Shown here piece after piece: positions 8,583-18,370 of a DNA stretch of 64,000 nucleotides. The stretch covers positions 458-64,457 of the forward strand of contig JAIRQF010000081.1 of assembly GCA_031256635.1 (NCBI GenBank). The letters run 5' to 3'. The position numbers and the translations under genes were made by a program. The DNA is from Treponema sp. (GTDB lineage Bacteria; Spirochaetota; Spirochaetia; Treponematales; Breznakiellaceae). The notes below the pieces were generated by a model. It searched no databases. It had not been told where the DNA came from and saw nothing but the letters and a program-made list of their open reading frames with translations. How positions within the stretch are numbered: the stretch's first letter is position 1; every line of letters begins with the position of its first letter.

Positions 8583-9146
8583 ATGAAAAAATCTTCAAAA
8601 GAGCACAATGCTGTGAACGCTGCTTTAGTTGCGCGGCTTCTCCCATTGTCTCTTACCGCTTTTATTATTTTAATTGATCAGATTTCCAAAGCGGTTATTG
8701 TAAAAATCCAGCCTTTTCATCCGGCTTTTATTCATGATGTTTTTAATAACGATTTTCTGTGGATTTATCATGTGCGAAACAAGGCGATTGCCTTTAGTAT
8801 GGGAGAAAATATTCCGGAAATTTTCAAGCCTATAATTTTTATTGTTGTCCCGATTTTGGTTTTAGGTTTTCTTGTATGGTACTATTTTAAAACAGATGAG
8901 TTTACCCGTATTCAGCGATGGGCCGCGGCCGGAATTATCGGCGGCGGTATGGGAAACATTATTGACCGCATTATTCGCTCAGACGGAGTAGTAGATTTTA
9001 TCAGCATAAAATTTTACGGGCTTTGCGGTTTTGAGCGCTGGCCGACTTTTAATGTAGCGGATTCGTCCGTTGTTGTGTGCTGTATTCTTCTGCTTGTCAC
9101 AATGATTTTTTCTTTCAAAAAAGATGAAAAAGGAGATAGCAAATGA
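8583..9146 (+). CDS. lspA: Lipoprotein signal peptidase II
   Basis: DQISK, N-x-x-x-AFS, GNIIDR, VVDFI, FNVADS. Confidence 0.95.
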   Translation: MKKSSKEHNAVNAALVARLLPLSLTAFIILIDQISKAVIVKIQPFHPAFIHDVFNNDFLWIYHVRNKAIAFSMGENIPEIFKPIIFIVVPILVLGFLVWYYFKTDEFTRIQRWAAAGIIGGGMGNIIDRIIRSDGVVDFISIKFYGLCGFERWPTFNVADSSVVVCCILLLVTMIFSFKKDEKGDSK

Positions 9147-9430
9147 ATAAAAAAACAAATACAATACTATTCATTCTGGGCGCTACTTTATTCAATGTCA
9201 TTGTCTGTATAGCCGGTTTTTTAATTCTGTTTTTTTTATACGCCAGATTCATTCATCCAATACTGCCGGAAGGCGGACAATCATGGAGCTTTTCCCTTAT
9301 CTTTATCGGCGCCATCGCCATTTCAATTCTTGTTTATCGTGTTGTACTGAAAGCCCTGTTAAAAAAAATCGACGTAGAAAAATATTTTGATCCGATTTTT
9401 TCCAGGGGTAAAAGCGTTAAGAAGAATTAA
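9143..9430 (+). CDS. Small two-TM membrane protein coupled to lspA
   Basis: 4-nt overlap with the lspA stop; two hydrophobic helices. Confidence 0.75.
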   Translation: MNKKTNTILFILGATLFNVIVCIAGFLILFFLYARFIHPILPEGGQSWSFSLIFIGAIAISILVYRVVLKALLKKIDVEKYFDPIFSRGKSVKKN

Positions 9431-9455
9431 CAGTGTTTGCTCGCATATATACATT

Positions 9456-9710
9456 TTAATTTATTTCCAGCATCTTTTTGATTTCTTCCAATGAATAGCC
9501 TTTTTCTAATAATTTTATTATCTCATCCCTGCCTTCAATCATACCTTCAGTTCTGCCTCTTTCTCTGCCTTTAGCTTCACCCCGTATCTCTCCCCGCAGC
9601 TCTGAGGTGTGTAAGTTGGAGTATTGATCCATCTCGTACATTTTACGGCTTCGTATCCTTGCCCGTTCATGTTCGTCCTGACTTATCTCCTGTAATAATG
9701 CCGCCGCCAT
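9456..9710 (-). CDS. Candidate internal small protein RpnS (84 aa, in frame within Rpn)
   Basis: Internal SD AAGGAGGAG (9725-9717) 6 nt before in-frame ATG at 9710. Confidence 0.55.
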   Translation of the reverse strand: MAAALLQEISQDEHERARIRSRKMYEMDQYSNLHTSELRGEIRGEAKGRERGRTEGMIEGRDEIIKLLEKGYSLEEIKKMLEIN

Positions 9711-10352
9711 GCCGATCTCCTCCTTACACTTTATTATATCATTGATTAGTTTTCTCTGCATAGGTTCCTGAGCGTACCTTAAAAATAATGACCACTTCTC
9801 AAATGATGTCAGCTCATCAACCGGTTTCTTTAAAGCTTTGTTAAGCTTACCTAATTCAATGATGATTATGTTTATTTGATCTGTAAGCTGGAGGTTGTTT
9901 TCAGTCCTAAGGGAAAACCGGTTTACGAAATCTGCTGTAGATGGCAGGATATTATACATACAAAAAGTTATCTGGTACGTTTTTACAAGGTTTCTGTATA
10001 TTACTTTTTTTGATTTCTGGGATGAATGTAAGTCGGTTAAAAAATATACATACTTGTTAATAAAGTTAGTATGTTCAGAACCTATTTCATCCTGCCTGCA
10101 GCTGTGCATTTCGACATCTACCTGATCACCTGAGTCGATGGTACAGTTGACATCGAACCGCTCATTTTTCTCATTGATATCCATTACAGGAACTTCATTG
10201 CCGCGAATTTTGACATCAATGACATTTTGATCAATAACAACTGAAATGATATCGATCAGCACCCGTTTTGCATCAGGGTGAGTAAGCAGCACTTTAAAGA
10301 TACGATCATCGCTTGGCGGCAGGATATCCGCGTCCATCGGCAGGTTTGACAT
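9456..10352 (-). CDS. Rpn family PD-(D/E)XK nuclease (recombination-promoting nuclease / putative transposase)
   Basis: DRIFKVLL, RFDVNC...DVEMH, IIELGKL, WSLFL and C-terminal xxEG repeats. Confidence 0.88.
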   Translation of the reverse strand: MSNLPMDADILPPSDDRIFKVLLTHPDAKRVLIDIISVVIDQNVIDVKIRGNEVPVMDINEKNERFDVNCTIDSGDQVDVEMHSCRQDEIGSEHTNFINKYVYFLTDLHSSQKSKKVIYRNLVKTYQITFCMYNILPSTADFVNRFSLRTENNLQLTDQINIIIIELGKLNKALKKPVDELTSFEKWSLFLRYAQEPMQRKLINDIIKCKEEIGMAAALLQEISQDEHERARIRSRKMYEMDQYSNLHTSELRGEIRGEAKGRERGRTEGMIEGRDEIIKLLEKGYSLEEIKKMLEIN

Positions 10353-10620
10353 TTTTCTCTCCTTCGGGTTTATCCCTGACGGTATTAAAAATATTGATTA
10401 AAAAATTTGAGTTTTTATAAACTCCTGCCTATATATGGGTTGAATATGTCAGAACGCATGACTGAAAATATAGAAAAATTTAAAAGATTATATACCTGAT
10501 TGATGCGATGTTTTTATACAAAAACGATAAATCACCAAAATGTCTGACTATTGTGTTATTACTTTTCAGCAGTTGTGATTTCCATTAAGGCAATTTGTCA
10601 AGTTTCATTGAGGTATTTTG

Positions 10621-11331
10621 CTATAAACCATTCCTGAACAATTCCACAAATTCCTGCGGGCTAATATTCACCGCTCCCAAGTCTGTTTTGTAATCAAGAG
10701 GCATGCCCATATCAAAAAATGAAAAACCGTGTTCTTGTAAATAATATGTGGTAAGTATAAGCTGAACCGTACCTGCGTTATCTTCCTCATAAAAGCCGGA
10801 ATAGCTCGTGTAGATTCTGCCGCAAATTATGCCAAATTCACCGGCTGCAAGTTTTCCGTCACGGTAGAGGGCAAATGAGGCAGGATATGGAAATGATGAG
10901 CGATTTATAGCCGCGTTTTGGCGGATTTTTTTGATACTGTCTACAAGCGGCGGAGTCAGCCAGTCGCTGCCGTGTTTTTCTACGCAGCGGCCGATGATGC
11001 GGTCAAATTCCACATCTGCTTTTAATTCATACTTGTTTAATAGTCTGCGGACAGATTTCTTTATATGCAGGTTCTCAAAGAACAGGGCGGAACGGACAAG
11101 GTGCAGTTTTGGAAGCAGTATGTAATAGGGATCGCTTTCATTTTCCGCAATATTAATGGACATTACCAAAAATCCGGCCTCCATCAACCTTGCGATAAAA
11201 TCGATTTCAAAACCTTCCGCAATGCAGAAATCCCCGTCGTAATTTGTCGCAAGCATGGCATCTACCGTTTCATGGCAGTCGTCTTTTGGAGAGATATAGA
11301 TGTAACCGGACAGTGTGTATTTAAGATTCAT
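10621..11331 (-). CDS. Leucyl/phenylalanyl-tRNA-protein transferase-like GNAT-fold protein
   Basis: LHIKKSVRR, FDRIIGRC, WLT, GKLAAGEFG resemble Aat; divergent. Confidence 0.6.
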   Translation of the reverse strand: MNLKYTLSGYIYISPKDDCHETVDAMLATNYDGDFCIAEGFEIDFIARLMEAGFLVMSINIAENESDPYYILLPKLHLVRSALFFENLHIKKSVRRLLNKYELKADVEFDRIIGRCVEKHGSDWLTPPLVDSIKKIRQNAAINRSSFPYPASFALYRDGKLAAGEFGIICGRIYTSYSGFYEEDNAGTVQLILTTYYLQEHGFSFFDMGMPLDYKTDLGAVNISPQEFVELFRNGL

Positions 11332-11449
11332 ATGTCTTGACCATTCTTTATGTTTATTCTAAACTAAAATGCTGTTTTTGTTTGTAAAGAATTATGGTTT
11401 GTCCTGCTAATTGAATTACGGACATGCCTTATATATAGGAGAAGATACC

Positions 11450-11605
11450 ATGAAGCGGACTTATCAACCCAGCAAAGTAAAGAGGAATCGAAAATTTGGG
11501 TTCCGTGCCCGTATGAAAACCAGGGGCGGGCGGCTTGTTTTAAAGCGCCGCAGGGCAAAGGGCAGGATTAAGCTTTCAATTTCTAACGAGAAAAAGCCCT
11601 ATTAG
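11450..11605 (+). CDS. rpmH: 50S ribosomal protein L34
   Basis: [22 protein letters not shown]; RBS AGGAG; start at ATG 11450. Confidence 0.97.
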   Translation: MKRTYQPSKVKRNRKFGFRARMKTRGGRLVLKRRRAKGRIKLSISNEKKPY

Positions 11606-11990
11606 CAATGAAAAAGATGATTTCCGCTTCAGGCGGAAAGAACATTTAAAGGGAAGGAAGGAGATTCGGGAGGTTTTTGAAAAAGGCAGGAAATTCGATT
11701 GCCGCGGAGCGAGGCTTTTTGTTTTAAAAAATGATTTGCCTTATAACCGTATTTGCTTTACGTTTTCAAAACCAAAGGGAATTGCCCGATCCGCATGGAA
11801 TGCTGTTTCCAGAAACCGTGCAAGACGGCTTGGACGAGAAGCTTTCAGATTGATGAAGAACCGCGCATGCTGCGGTTTCGATTTAATCCTTCTTGTTTAT
11901 TCAGGCGCGGAAATTAAAAACGAATCTCTTTCTGACAGGATTAAACAGCTTGAATCCCTTTTTAAAAAAGCTGGTTTATTGGTTTATTAA
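11601..11990 (+). CDS. rnpA: RNase P protein component (start codon non-canonical or uncertain)
   Basis: [14 protein letters not shown] (RNR motif). The frame extends upstream to [20 protein letters not shown] with no ATG/GTG/TTG; ATT at 11601 overlaps the rpmH stop. Synteny supports the call. Confidence 0.88.
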   Translation: MSNEKDDFRFRRKEHLKGRKEIREVFEKGRKFDCRGARLFVLKNDLPYNRICFTFSKPKGIARSAWNAVSRNRARRLGREAFRLMKNRACCGFDLILLVYSGAEIKNESLSDRIKQLESLFKKAGLLVY

Positions 11991-11991
11991 A

Positions 11992-12237
11992 ATGAAATAT
12001 ATAGCGCTTGTTATTATCCGGTTTTATCAATACGCGATATCTCCGCATTTTCCGCCTGCTTGCAGGTATTATCCCAGCTGCTCCTGTTACGCTTACGAGG
12101 CCATTAATAAACATGGCGTATTGCGCGGCAGTTTTCTGGCTGTAATGAGGATTCTCCGATGCCATCCCTTTACCAAGGGCGGTTATGATCCTGTTCCTGA
12201 TTTACCGGACTCTGTAATTAAAAATTGTAATTGTTGA
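11992..12237 (+). CDS. yidD: Membrane protein insertion efficiency factor
   Basis: [10 protein letters not shown]...CRYYPSCS...[15 protein letters not shown]. Confidence 0.93.
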   Translation: MKYIALVIIRFYQYAISPHFPPACRYYPSCSCYAYEAINKHGVLRGSFLAVMRILRCHPFTKGGYDPVPDLPDSVIKNCNC

Positions 12238-12277
12238 ATCATGCGCGAATTTAAAATTCCGGCTTTAAGGAAGTAAA

Positions 12278-14116
12278 ATGGAAAAAAATACAATTTTAGC
12301 TATTGTGTTATCCAGTATTGTATTGATTGTCGCTTTCTCAATACAGAGTTTTTTGGCTCCTGTGCCGCAGCAGGTACAAACGCAGGAACCATCGCAGGTA
12401 ACAGCGGTTGATACCACTATAACACTGCCTTCTGAAACGGGAATTACAGCTCCTGCTGTTCCTGAAGAGAGGACATTTTCTGAACTTGAAACAATTCCTT
12501 TGCAACCGCCCATTATAATTGATACCGAACTTTTTACAGCCGTACTTACAAATGCGGGCGGCGATATGGTTTCGATGAAATGGAAGGACACAAGGAAAGA
12601 TCCCGGTGCTCCTGACGCGAATGTAGATTTAATTCTTTCAGGTAATAATGAAGCGCGTGCTTTTTCCATTGCGTTCGGCGGTCTTGATGCTCAGCCGGTT
12701 TCTTCCAACTTTCATGTAAACCGTATTTCTGACTACTCTGTAGAGTTTTATCGTGATTTTACAGCTCCTTCGCCGATTTACGGATCCGACGGCAGATTCC
12801 GTCTGACCAAACGTTATGATTTTAAACTCAATGACTATATGTTTGAAATGACAATTATCATGGACGGAGGTTTTTCTGTATTTGGTTTTGATTTTTCAGG
12901 CAGCGCCTACACACTGTCATTCGGACCGCAAATCGGCCCTGTTTTTGAAAAACTGGACGGTTATTATGATTACCGTCATTATAATATTTACACAAACGGA
13001 AAGCGAAAAGACGCGAAAGTTAATGAACTTATCAATAATTCAACATGGGCCGCGATTTCCGGCAAATACTTCGCTTTCATCGCCGTTCCCTATCTGAATC
13101 TTACTCAGTACGCTGTTAGTTTTTCCGATAAAGCGGAACCAGGGCTTCTTGCTTCTTCAAGATTTAACATTATCCGTTCCGCGTCAGCGGTTTCCAAAAT
13201 AGAAGATACCTACCGTTTCTATCTTGGACCGAAAACACAGGAAGCGCTTGGCATTTATAATACCGGCAGAAATGTGTTTGGCATACAGGACGCGAACTTT
13301 AATGAAATAGCCAATACGCGCGGATTCTGGGGAATTTTTTCGCCGCTTGAAAGAGTGTTAAAATGGCTGCTGCTTGGCATACACAGAATCATTCCCAATT
13401 ACGGAATCGCGATTATTCTGTTAACGCTGCTGATCAAATTGCTTTTCTTCCCGCTGACAAAAAAAGGATCGGAAGCCACATTGCGGATGCAGGCGCTTGC
13501 CCCGAAGATTAAAGAATTACAGGAGAAATATAAAAGCGATCCGCAGAAGCTGCGCACCGAGATGGGAAAATTTTATCAGCAGGAAGGTTATAATCCACTC
13601 TCAGGATGCCTCCCGATGCTTTTGCAGCTTCCGATATTTATATCCATGTTCAGCCTATTTAATAACCATTTTGATCTTCGCGGCGCGATGTTTATTCCCG
13701 GCTGGATACCCGATCTTTCCCTCCCTGAATATATAGTGCAATTCGGAGACTTCAGGCTGCCGATTTTAGGCTGGACTGCGCTGCGTCTCCTGCCGTTTAT
13801 TTATGTGGGTTCTCAGCTTCTTTATGGTAAGGTAACACAAATGCCGGGGCAGCAGTCCAACACTCAGATGAAGCTGATGTTATTTGTCATGCCGATTGTA
13901 TTTTTCTTCATACTTTACGATGTCCCTTCCGGCCTGCTTATATACTGGATTTTCTCAAACCTTTTAACCCTCGTTCAACAGGTGATAATTAATAAATTTA
14001 TAATTGCAAAAAAAGCCGCACTTGCTCAGACACAAGCACAGGTTCAGCCTGAGAAGCAGCCCGTATTACCTCCCAAAAACTCAGGCGGCGGTAAAAAGAA
14101 AAAAAAGAAATCTTAA
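12278..14116 (+). CDS. yidC: Membrane protein insertase YidC
   Basis: NYGIAIILLT, NPLSGCLPMLLQLPIF, WIPDLS, PSGLLIYW; synteny. Confidence 0.96.
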   Translation: MEKNTILAIVLSSIVLIVAFSIQSFLAPVPQQVQTQEPSQVTAVDTTITLPSETGITAPAVPEERTFSELETIPLQPPIIIDTELFTAVLTNAGGDMVSMKWKDTRKDPGAPDANVDLILSGNNEARAFSIAFGGLDAQPVSSNFHVNRISDYSVEFYRDFTAPSPIYGSDGRFRLTKRYDFKLNDYMFEMTIIMDGGFSVFGFDFSGSAYTLSFGPQIGPVFEKLDGYYDYRHYNIYTNGKRKDAKVNELINNSTWAAISGKYFAFIAVPYLNLTQYAVSFSDKAEPGLLASSRFNIIRSASAVSKIEDTYRFYLGPKTQEALGIYNTGRNVFGIQDANFNEIANTRGFWGIFSPLERVLKWLLLGIHRIIPNYGIAIILLTLLIKLLFFPLTKKGSEATLRMQALAPKIKELQEKYKSDPQKLRTEMGKFYQQEGYNPLSGCLPMLLQLPIFISMFSLFNNHFDLRGAMFIPGWIPDLSLPEYIVQFGDFRLPILGWTALRLLPFIYVGSQLLYGKVTQMPGQQSNTQMKLMLFVMPIVFFFILYDVPSGLLIYWIFSNLLTLVQQVIINKFIIAKKAALAQTQAQVQPEKQPVLPPKNSGGGKKKKKKS

Positions 14117-14134
14117 ACAAAGGAGATATATCAA

Positions 14135-14863
14135 ATGGAATTTGAATTTGAAGGCCGTACCGAAAAAGAAGCAATTGACAGGGCGGCGGGAGAGCTTGGT
14201 CTTGAAAAAGACGATTTTGACGTTGAAATTCTTGAAACCCAAAAAAGCGGTTTATTTAAAAAAGGTCTGGTGCGAATCAGGGTTCATGTCCCGAATTTCG
14301 GTTCCCCGGTAAAATCCGGTCACAGTTCTTACCGTCCCTCTGACGATGACGGGATGGACAAAACTCGTATCGGCAAACCGGTTTTCGGCGAACCTTTGCC
14401 GCAGAATGAATTTGAAAACAAAATGACTGAGTTTACTTCCGGCTTGATAGAACGCATGGGTTATCCTGGCAGCGTTACGATTATGTTCCGGGATAAAAAC
14501 AAGCTTGGCATTAAAATTGATTCCAGCCATTCATCAATATTAATTGGGAAAAAAGGCAAGAATCTTGACGCTCTGCAATTGCTGCTTAATATCTACGCCG
14601 GCAGGATTGGCAGGGATGATGTGCGCGTTATTCTTGATACCGAAAATTACCGTATTCGCAGGGAAGAGTCTCTTGTGCGCCTTGCTTACAATGTTGCCGA
14701 AAAAGTCCGCGAAAGCCGCGCTTCCATCCTTCTTGAGCCGATGAATCCGTTTGACAGATGGCTTATCCACACGACATTGAACGATATAGGCGATGTTGAA
14801 ACAAAAAGCGAAGGAGACGGTTTATATAAACAGGTGCGCGTTTATTACCGCGGATTAAAATAA
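14135..14863 (+). CDS. jag: Jag/KhpB (EloR) RNA-binding protein
   Basis: Jag_N, KH (LIGKKGKNLDALQ) and R3H domains; downstream of yidC. Confidence 0.93.
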   Translation: MEFEFEGRTEKEAIDRAAGELGLEKDDFDVEILETQKSGLFKKGLVRIRVHVPNFGSPVKSGHSSYRPSDDDGMDKTRIGKPVFGEPLPQNEFENKMTEFTSGLIERMGYPGSVTIMFRDKNKLGIKIDSSHSSILIGKKGKNLDALQLLLNIYAGRIGRDDVRVILDTENYRIRREESLVRLAYNVAEKVRESRASILLEPMNPFDRWLIHTTLNDIGDVETKSEGDGLYKQVRVYYRGLK

Positions 14864-14974
14864 CTAGTGTCCTGTTATATTCGGTTTGCAAAATAACAAA
14901 ATGCGTTAATTCCTTATTACATAAGGAATTAACTTAACTGTACAATCCGTCATTTGAATATAACAGGACACTAG
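14864..14974. mobile_element. 111-bp MITE-like element, copy A
   Basis: Perfect 19-bp terminal inverted repeats CTAGTGTCCTGTTATATTC; internal palindrome GTTAATTCCTT-N7-AAGGAATTAAC; two more copies in the window. Confidence 0.85.
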
Positions 14975-15025
14975 AAATTACGTGAAAAACGGAGAGCGCG
15001 CGTTATTATATAATAAGGTAAATGA

Positions 15026-15829
15026 ATGAACAGGTTTCTAATTTTCTTTTTTTTAATTCTTATCATTCCGTGCGCTTATTCTGTGCCGCTTGTGAATGTT
15101 GTTTCCGCAGTACAGGCCGCGCAATTGCGCGCAAGCAGCGAAATAATAACAGAGACGCAGTTAAGGAATCCTGCTCCAAGGTTAATGCCTGATAACAGCG
15201 AACTGCGGCAATTTATTAATACGGTTCAAAACACGTTGAGTCCCGGAATTATGGTGGAAGCTTTGTTTTTATATGAAAAGCCTGGTCAATTCCATACATC
15301 GGCAAATTTTTGGGATAACGGGCAGAAGACCGGCGTCTTTAATCAAATTACTGCAATCAGCAGCCTTTCCGGCATTCAATATTTCTCCGCCAGCCGGGAT
15401 ACAATACGTACTTTTTATGAATCTTCCGTAGTTATTGACGGACCTAACAGCAGAAATGCGCTTCCTGATCCTGTTTTTTATCAAATACCGGCGGCATTTT
15501 CCCTGTTCGCAAGGCAAAAAGATTTGACTTTTGGAGATAATGTATACAGGTATGACTATGTCAGTTCAACCGATATAATCTACTTCTCTCAGGAAAATGT
15601 AACATCCCTGACTTACGGAATAATTCCCGCAATTGGAAGGGGGAACCTGAGATCGGTAGTTGCAATTATTGATTGCGGAGATTCATTGTTGATTTACGCA
15701 CTCTCAATGGCCAGAGCCGCCACCCTGCCGGGAATGGGAGACAGAATAAGCGCGTCATTCAGTAACCGCGCCGGCGCTGTTCTTGGCTGGCTTGTTAACC
15801 GTTTGGATAATCAAATTTTTCCTTTCTAA
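15026..15829 (+). CDS. Secreted hypothetical protein (DUF6675-like), paralog of 49225..50013
   Basis: Signal peptide; shares VEAL...PDP...KD..FG.N/T.Y pattern with 49225..50013. Confidence 0.7.
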   Translation: MNRFLIFFFLILIIPCAYSVPLVNVVSAVQAAQLRASSEIITETQLRNPAPRLMPDNSELRQFINTVQNTLSPGIMVEALFLYEKPGQFHTSANFWDNGQKTGVFNQITAISSLSGIQYFSASRDTIRTFYESSVVIDGPNSRNALPDPVFYQIPAAFSLFARQKDLTFGDNVYRYDYVSSTDIIYFSQENVTSLTYGIIPAIGRGNLRSVVAIIDCGDSLLIYALSMARAATLPGMGDRISASFSNRAGAVLGWLVNRLDNQIFPF

Positions 15830-15920
15830 TCCTATTTTCATTTATTTACTTTTATTGTATAATTGTACAGGGCATACAGAGATTTTCAAAAGGGAAAATT
15901 TGTATTAAGGATGGTTCAGA

Positions 15921-16847
15921 ATGAGACTATTTACAAGATCGGATTTTGACGGGTTGGCATGCGGGGCGATTTTATCATATTTGGGACTTGTTGATGACTG
16001 GCAGTTTGTTCATCCGAAAGATATTCAGGATGGTTTGGTTGAAGCCACAGATAATGATATTCTGGCAAATATTCCCTATATAAAAGGCTGTAAACTCTGG
16101 TTTGATCATCATTCAAGCGAAACTGAGCGGCTGGGTGACGGCACATATTTTGAAGGCGTCTCAAGAATGGCTCCAAGCTGCGCGCGTGTAATTTATGACT
16201 ACTACGGCGGTGATTCCAAACTGGGAAAATTCTCGGAGATGCTTTACTATGTTGATAAAGTAGATTCAGGCGATCTGACAATTGATGAAATTCTGGATCC
16301 AAAAGGCTGGATACTTCTGGGATTTATTATGGATCCGCGCACCGGTCTTGGCCGTTTCCGCAGTTTTACGATCAGCAATTATGACTTAATGCTGAACCTT
16401 GCAAGCGCCTGCGCTGACAAACCAATTTCCGAAATATTACGCATGCCGGATGTAAAAGAGCGGCTTGATTTATACTTACAGCAAACAGAGCTTTTTATAA
16501 GAATGGTTAAGAGCCATGTTGTGATTATCGGTAATATAATAAAAGTTGATCTGCGCAATGTAGATACCATTTACGCCGGAAACAGATTCATGCTTTATAC
16601 ACTTTACCCGGAGAAGAATATCTCCATGTGGATTATAGACGGCCGCAATAAAATGAATGTCGCCGTTACAGTCGGTCACAGTATAATAAACCGTTCCAGC
16701 AATGTTGATGTCGGCTCCATGTTACTGGGTTACGGAGGCGGCGGCCACAAAAAGGTCGGCACTTGCCAGGTCGCCAATGAAGACGCCAACAGGATTATTG
16801 GCGAGATAATTGAAAAAATAAACAAAAAAAACCCTATTACCGCCTGA
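15921..16847 (+). CDS. DHH family phosphoesterase (NrnA/exopolyphosphatase-like)
   Basis: DFDG, FDHH and GGGGH motifs. Confidence 0.85.
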   Translation: MRLFTRSDFDGLACGAILSYLGLVDDWQFVHPKDIQDGLVEATDNDILANIPYIKGCKLWFDHHSSETERLGDGTYFEGVSRMAPSCARVIYDYYGGDSKLGKFSEMLYYVDKVDSGDLTIDEILDPKGWILLGFIMDPRTGLGRFRSFTISNYDLMLNLASACADKPISEILRMPDVKERLDLYLQQTELFIRMVKSHVVIIGNIIKVDLRNVDTIYAGNRFMLYTLYPEKNISMWIIDGRNKMNVAVTVGHSIINRSSNVDVGSMLLGYGGGGHKKVGTCQVANEDANRIIGEIIEKINKKNPITA

Positions 16848-16921
16848 TTTTTAGACCAGTATTCAAATATCAGGGTAAAAAACTTGTTTTTATTTGATAA
16901 AATGTCTTATAATAATAATAT

Positions 16922-18358
16922 ATGCCCGGAAAAGAAGCGAAAATCCCGCTTTCCAGAATATTTTCTCCGCAGAATGATAAATATATCAGTAAAAATTATA
17001 TTGATATAATAATAGACGAAGATATTCCTGTTTTATGTATAAATAGAGAATCAAAAAGAGAACGGCTAATGCCTTTCAAGGTATTATATGATACCAATGA
17101 TAATTTCTGGATGCAGGTAGGAAGCTGGGAGTATTTTTTTACCGATGAAAATTTTTCTATAATTAAGGAAAAAGCCGCCTCAAAACCGGTAGACTGGAAT
17201 TCTAAATTATCCAGAGCTGATAATTACGGTAACGATGATGATTTGGAAGAACTTGATGTTGAAGTGGGTTATGGCAAAGAATACCATAATTTTTCCGGGA
17301 TGTCCACAGAACAGAAAATAGAACGGCTGAATAAAGATAAAAAGCGTCTTAACGATCTGCTTCTTCAAAAAAGCAGGAATGAAGCTGATATTGCCAAAGC
17401 CCTTGTTGATACGACAAAAGACGCCGCTTTAATCAATCACACGGCTCTTGAGGACGCCATACTTCTTGCGGATCATGAGGCCAAAAAGCTCACTCAGGAA
17501 CTTGTTAATTCCACCCACGAGATGGTTAAATCTTCGGCGCAGCTTGTCGCGGAGAATGTTTTTAATAACGATATGGTCAATACGCTTGTGCAAAAATCCA
17601 ATGGTACGATTGTTCAGCACATGACGCGCGTTTACCTTAACGGAATTGCGTTTCTTTCGTTTTACAACAACCTGGTTTCTACATCCAGCGCCATCCAAAA
17701 ATTACGGGTCACCTTTGCCGCCAAATACCGCAAGTATTATCATAAGCTGCTTCCGCACATGAGAATCGAAGATATTGTTCTGGAGCGCGTTTTTTACGGA
17801 GGCATGAGGGCCATTCCTCCCGAACTTTATTTTAAATGGGCTGTTGGTTTTTTAATTCACGATATCGGCAAGGCGGCTGCCGTTGAGTACCACGAAGGCG
17901 AAGGTTCATATGACAGGACCATCGTCATTGATCATGTAAAACAGGGTTTTAAATCCATAATGACCAAAACAAATTATCCGATGGAAGCAAGCCTTATTAC
18001 CGGCTATCATCATGAATATTACGGCAATCCCGACGGCTACGGATATTTTCGCGCGTATCTTCAGCAGTATAAAAAGCAAAATCCGGACGCTAAAGTTGAT
18101 TATTGCATCAGCTACGATCTGGAGCCTATAATGGACTACAATGCGCTCGCCTATTTTCCCGCGAAAGTCCTGGAAATAATTGACGTGTATGACAGCGTAA
18201 CCGATCCTCACCGCGCCTACCGCAAGGCAATGTCACCTGAAGAAGCCCTTGTTATGATGCGCAAAGAATTTATTGAAAAAGACTATAAAATAGACGCAGT
18301 GCTTTTTGATATATTTTCTAGGTTTATCCGGGAACAGGAAAAGCAGAAAAACACTTAA
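16922..18358 (+). CDS. HD-GYP-like metal-dependent phosphohydrolase
   Basis: IHDIGK, HHE..DGYGY, IIDVYDSVT..RAYRKAM; true start may be later. Confidence 0.78.
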   Translation: MPGKEAKIPLSRIFSPQNDKYISKNYIDIIIDEDIPVLCINRESKRERLMPFKVLYDTNDNFWMQVGSWEYFFTDENFSIIKEKAASKPVDWNSKLSRADNYGNDDDLEELDVEVGYGKEYHNFSGMSTEQKIERLNKDKKRLNDLLLQKSRNEADIAKALVDTTKDAALINHTALEDAILLADHEAKKLTQELVNSTHEMVKSSAQLVAENVFNNDMVNTLVQKSNGTIVQHMTRVYLNGIAFLSFYNNLVSTSSAIQKLRVTFAAKYRKYYHKLLPHMRIEDIVLERVFYGGMRAIPPELYFKWAVGFLIHDIGKAAAVEYHEGEGSYDRTIVIDHVKQGFKSIMTKTNYPMEASLITGYHHEYYGNPDGYGYFRAYLQQYKKQNPDAKVDYCISYDLEPIMDYNALAYFPAKVLEIIDVYDSVTDPHRAYRKAMSPEEALVMMRKEFIEKDYKIDAVLFDIFSRFIREQEKQKNT

Positions 18359-18370
18359 AATGTATTTGTA

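Noticed and set aside
11340-14974. oriC next to rpmH-jag
   Set aside because: No dnaA or dnaN. The TTATCCACA matches I noticed (14763, 26741) are single and inside coding regions.
14975-14990. parS site (TTACGTGAAA)
   Set aside because: Matches only half of the TGTTTCACGTGAAACA palindrome.
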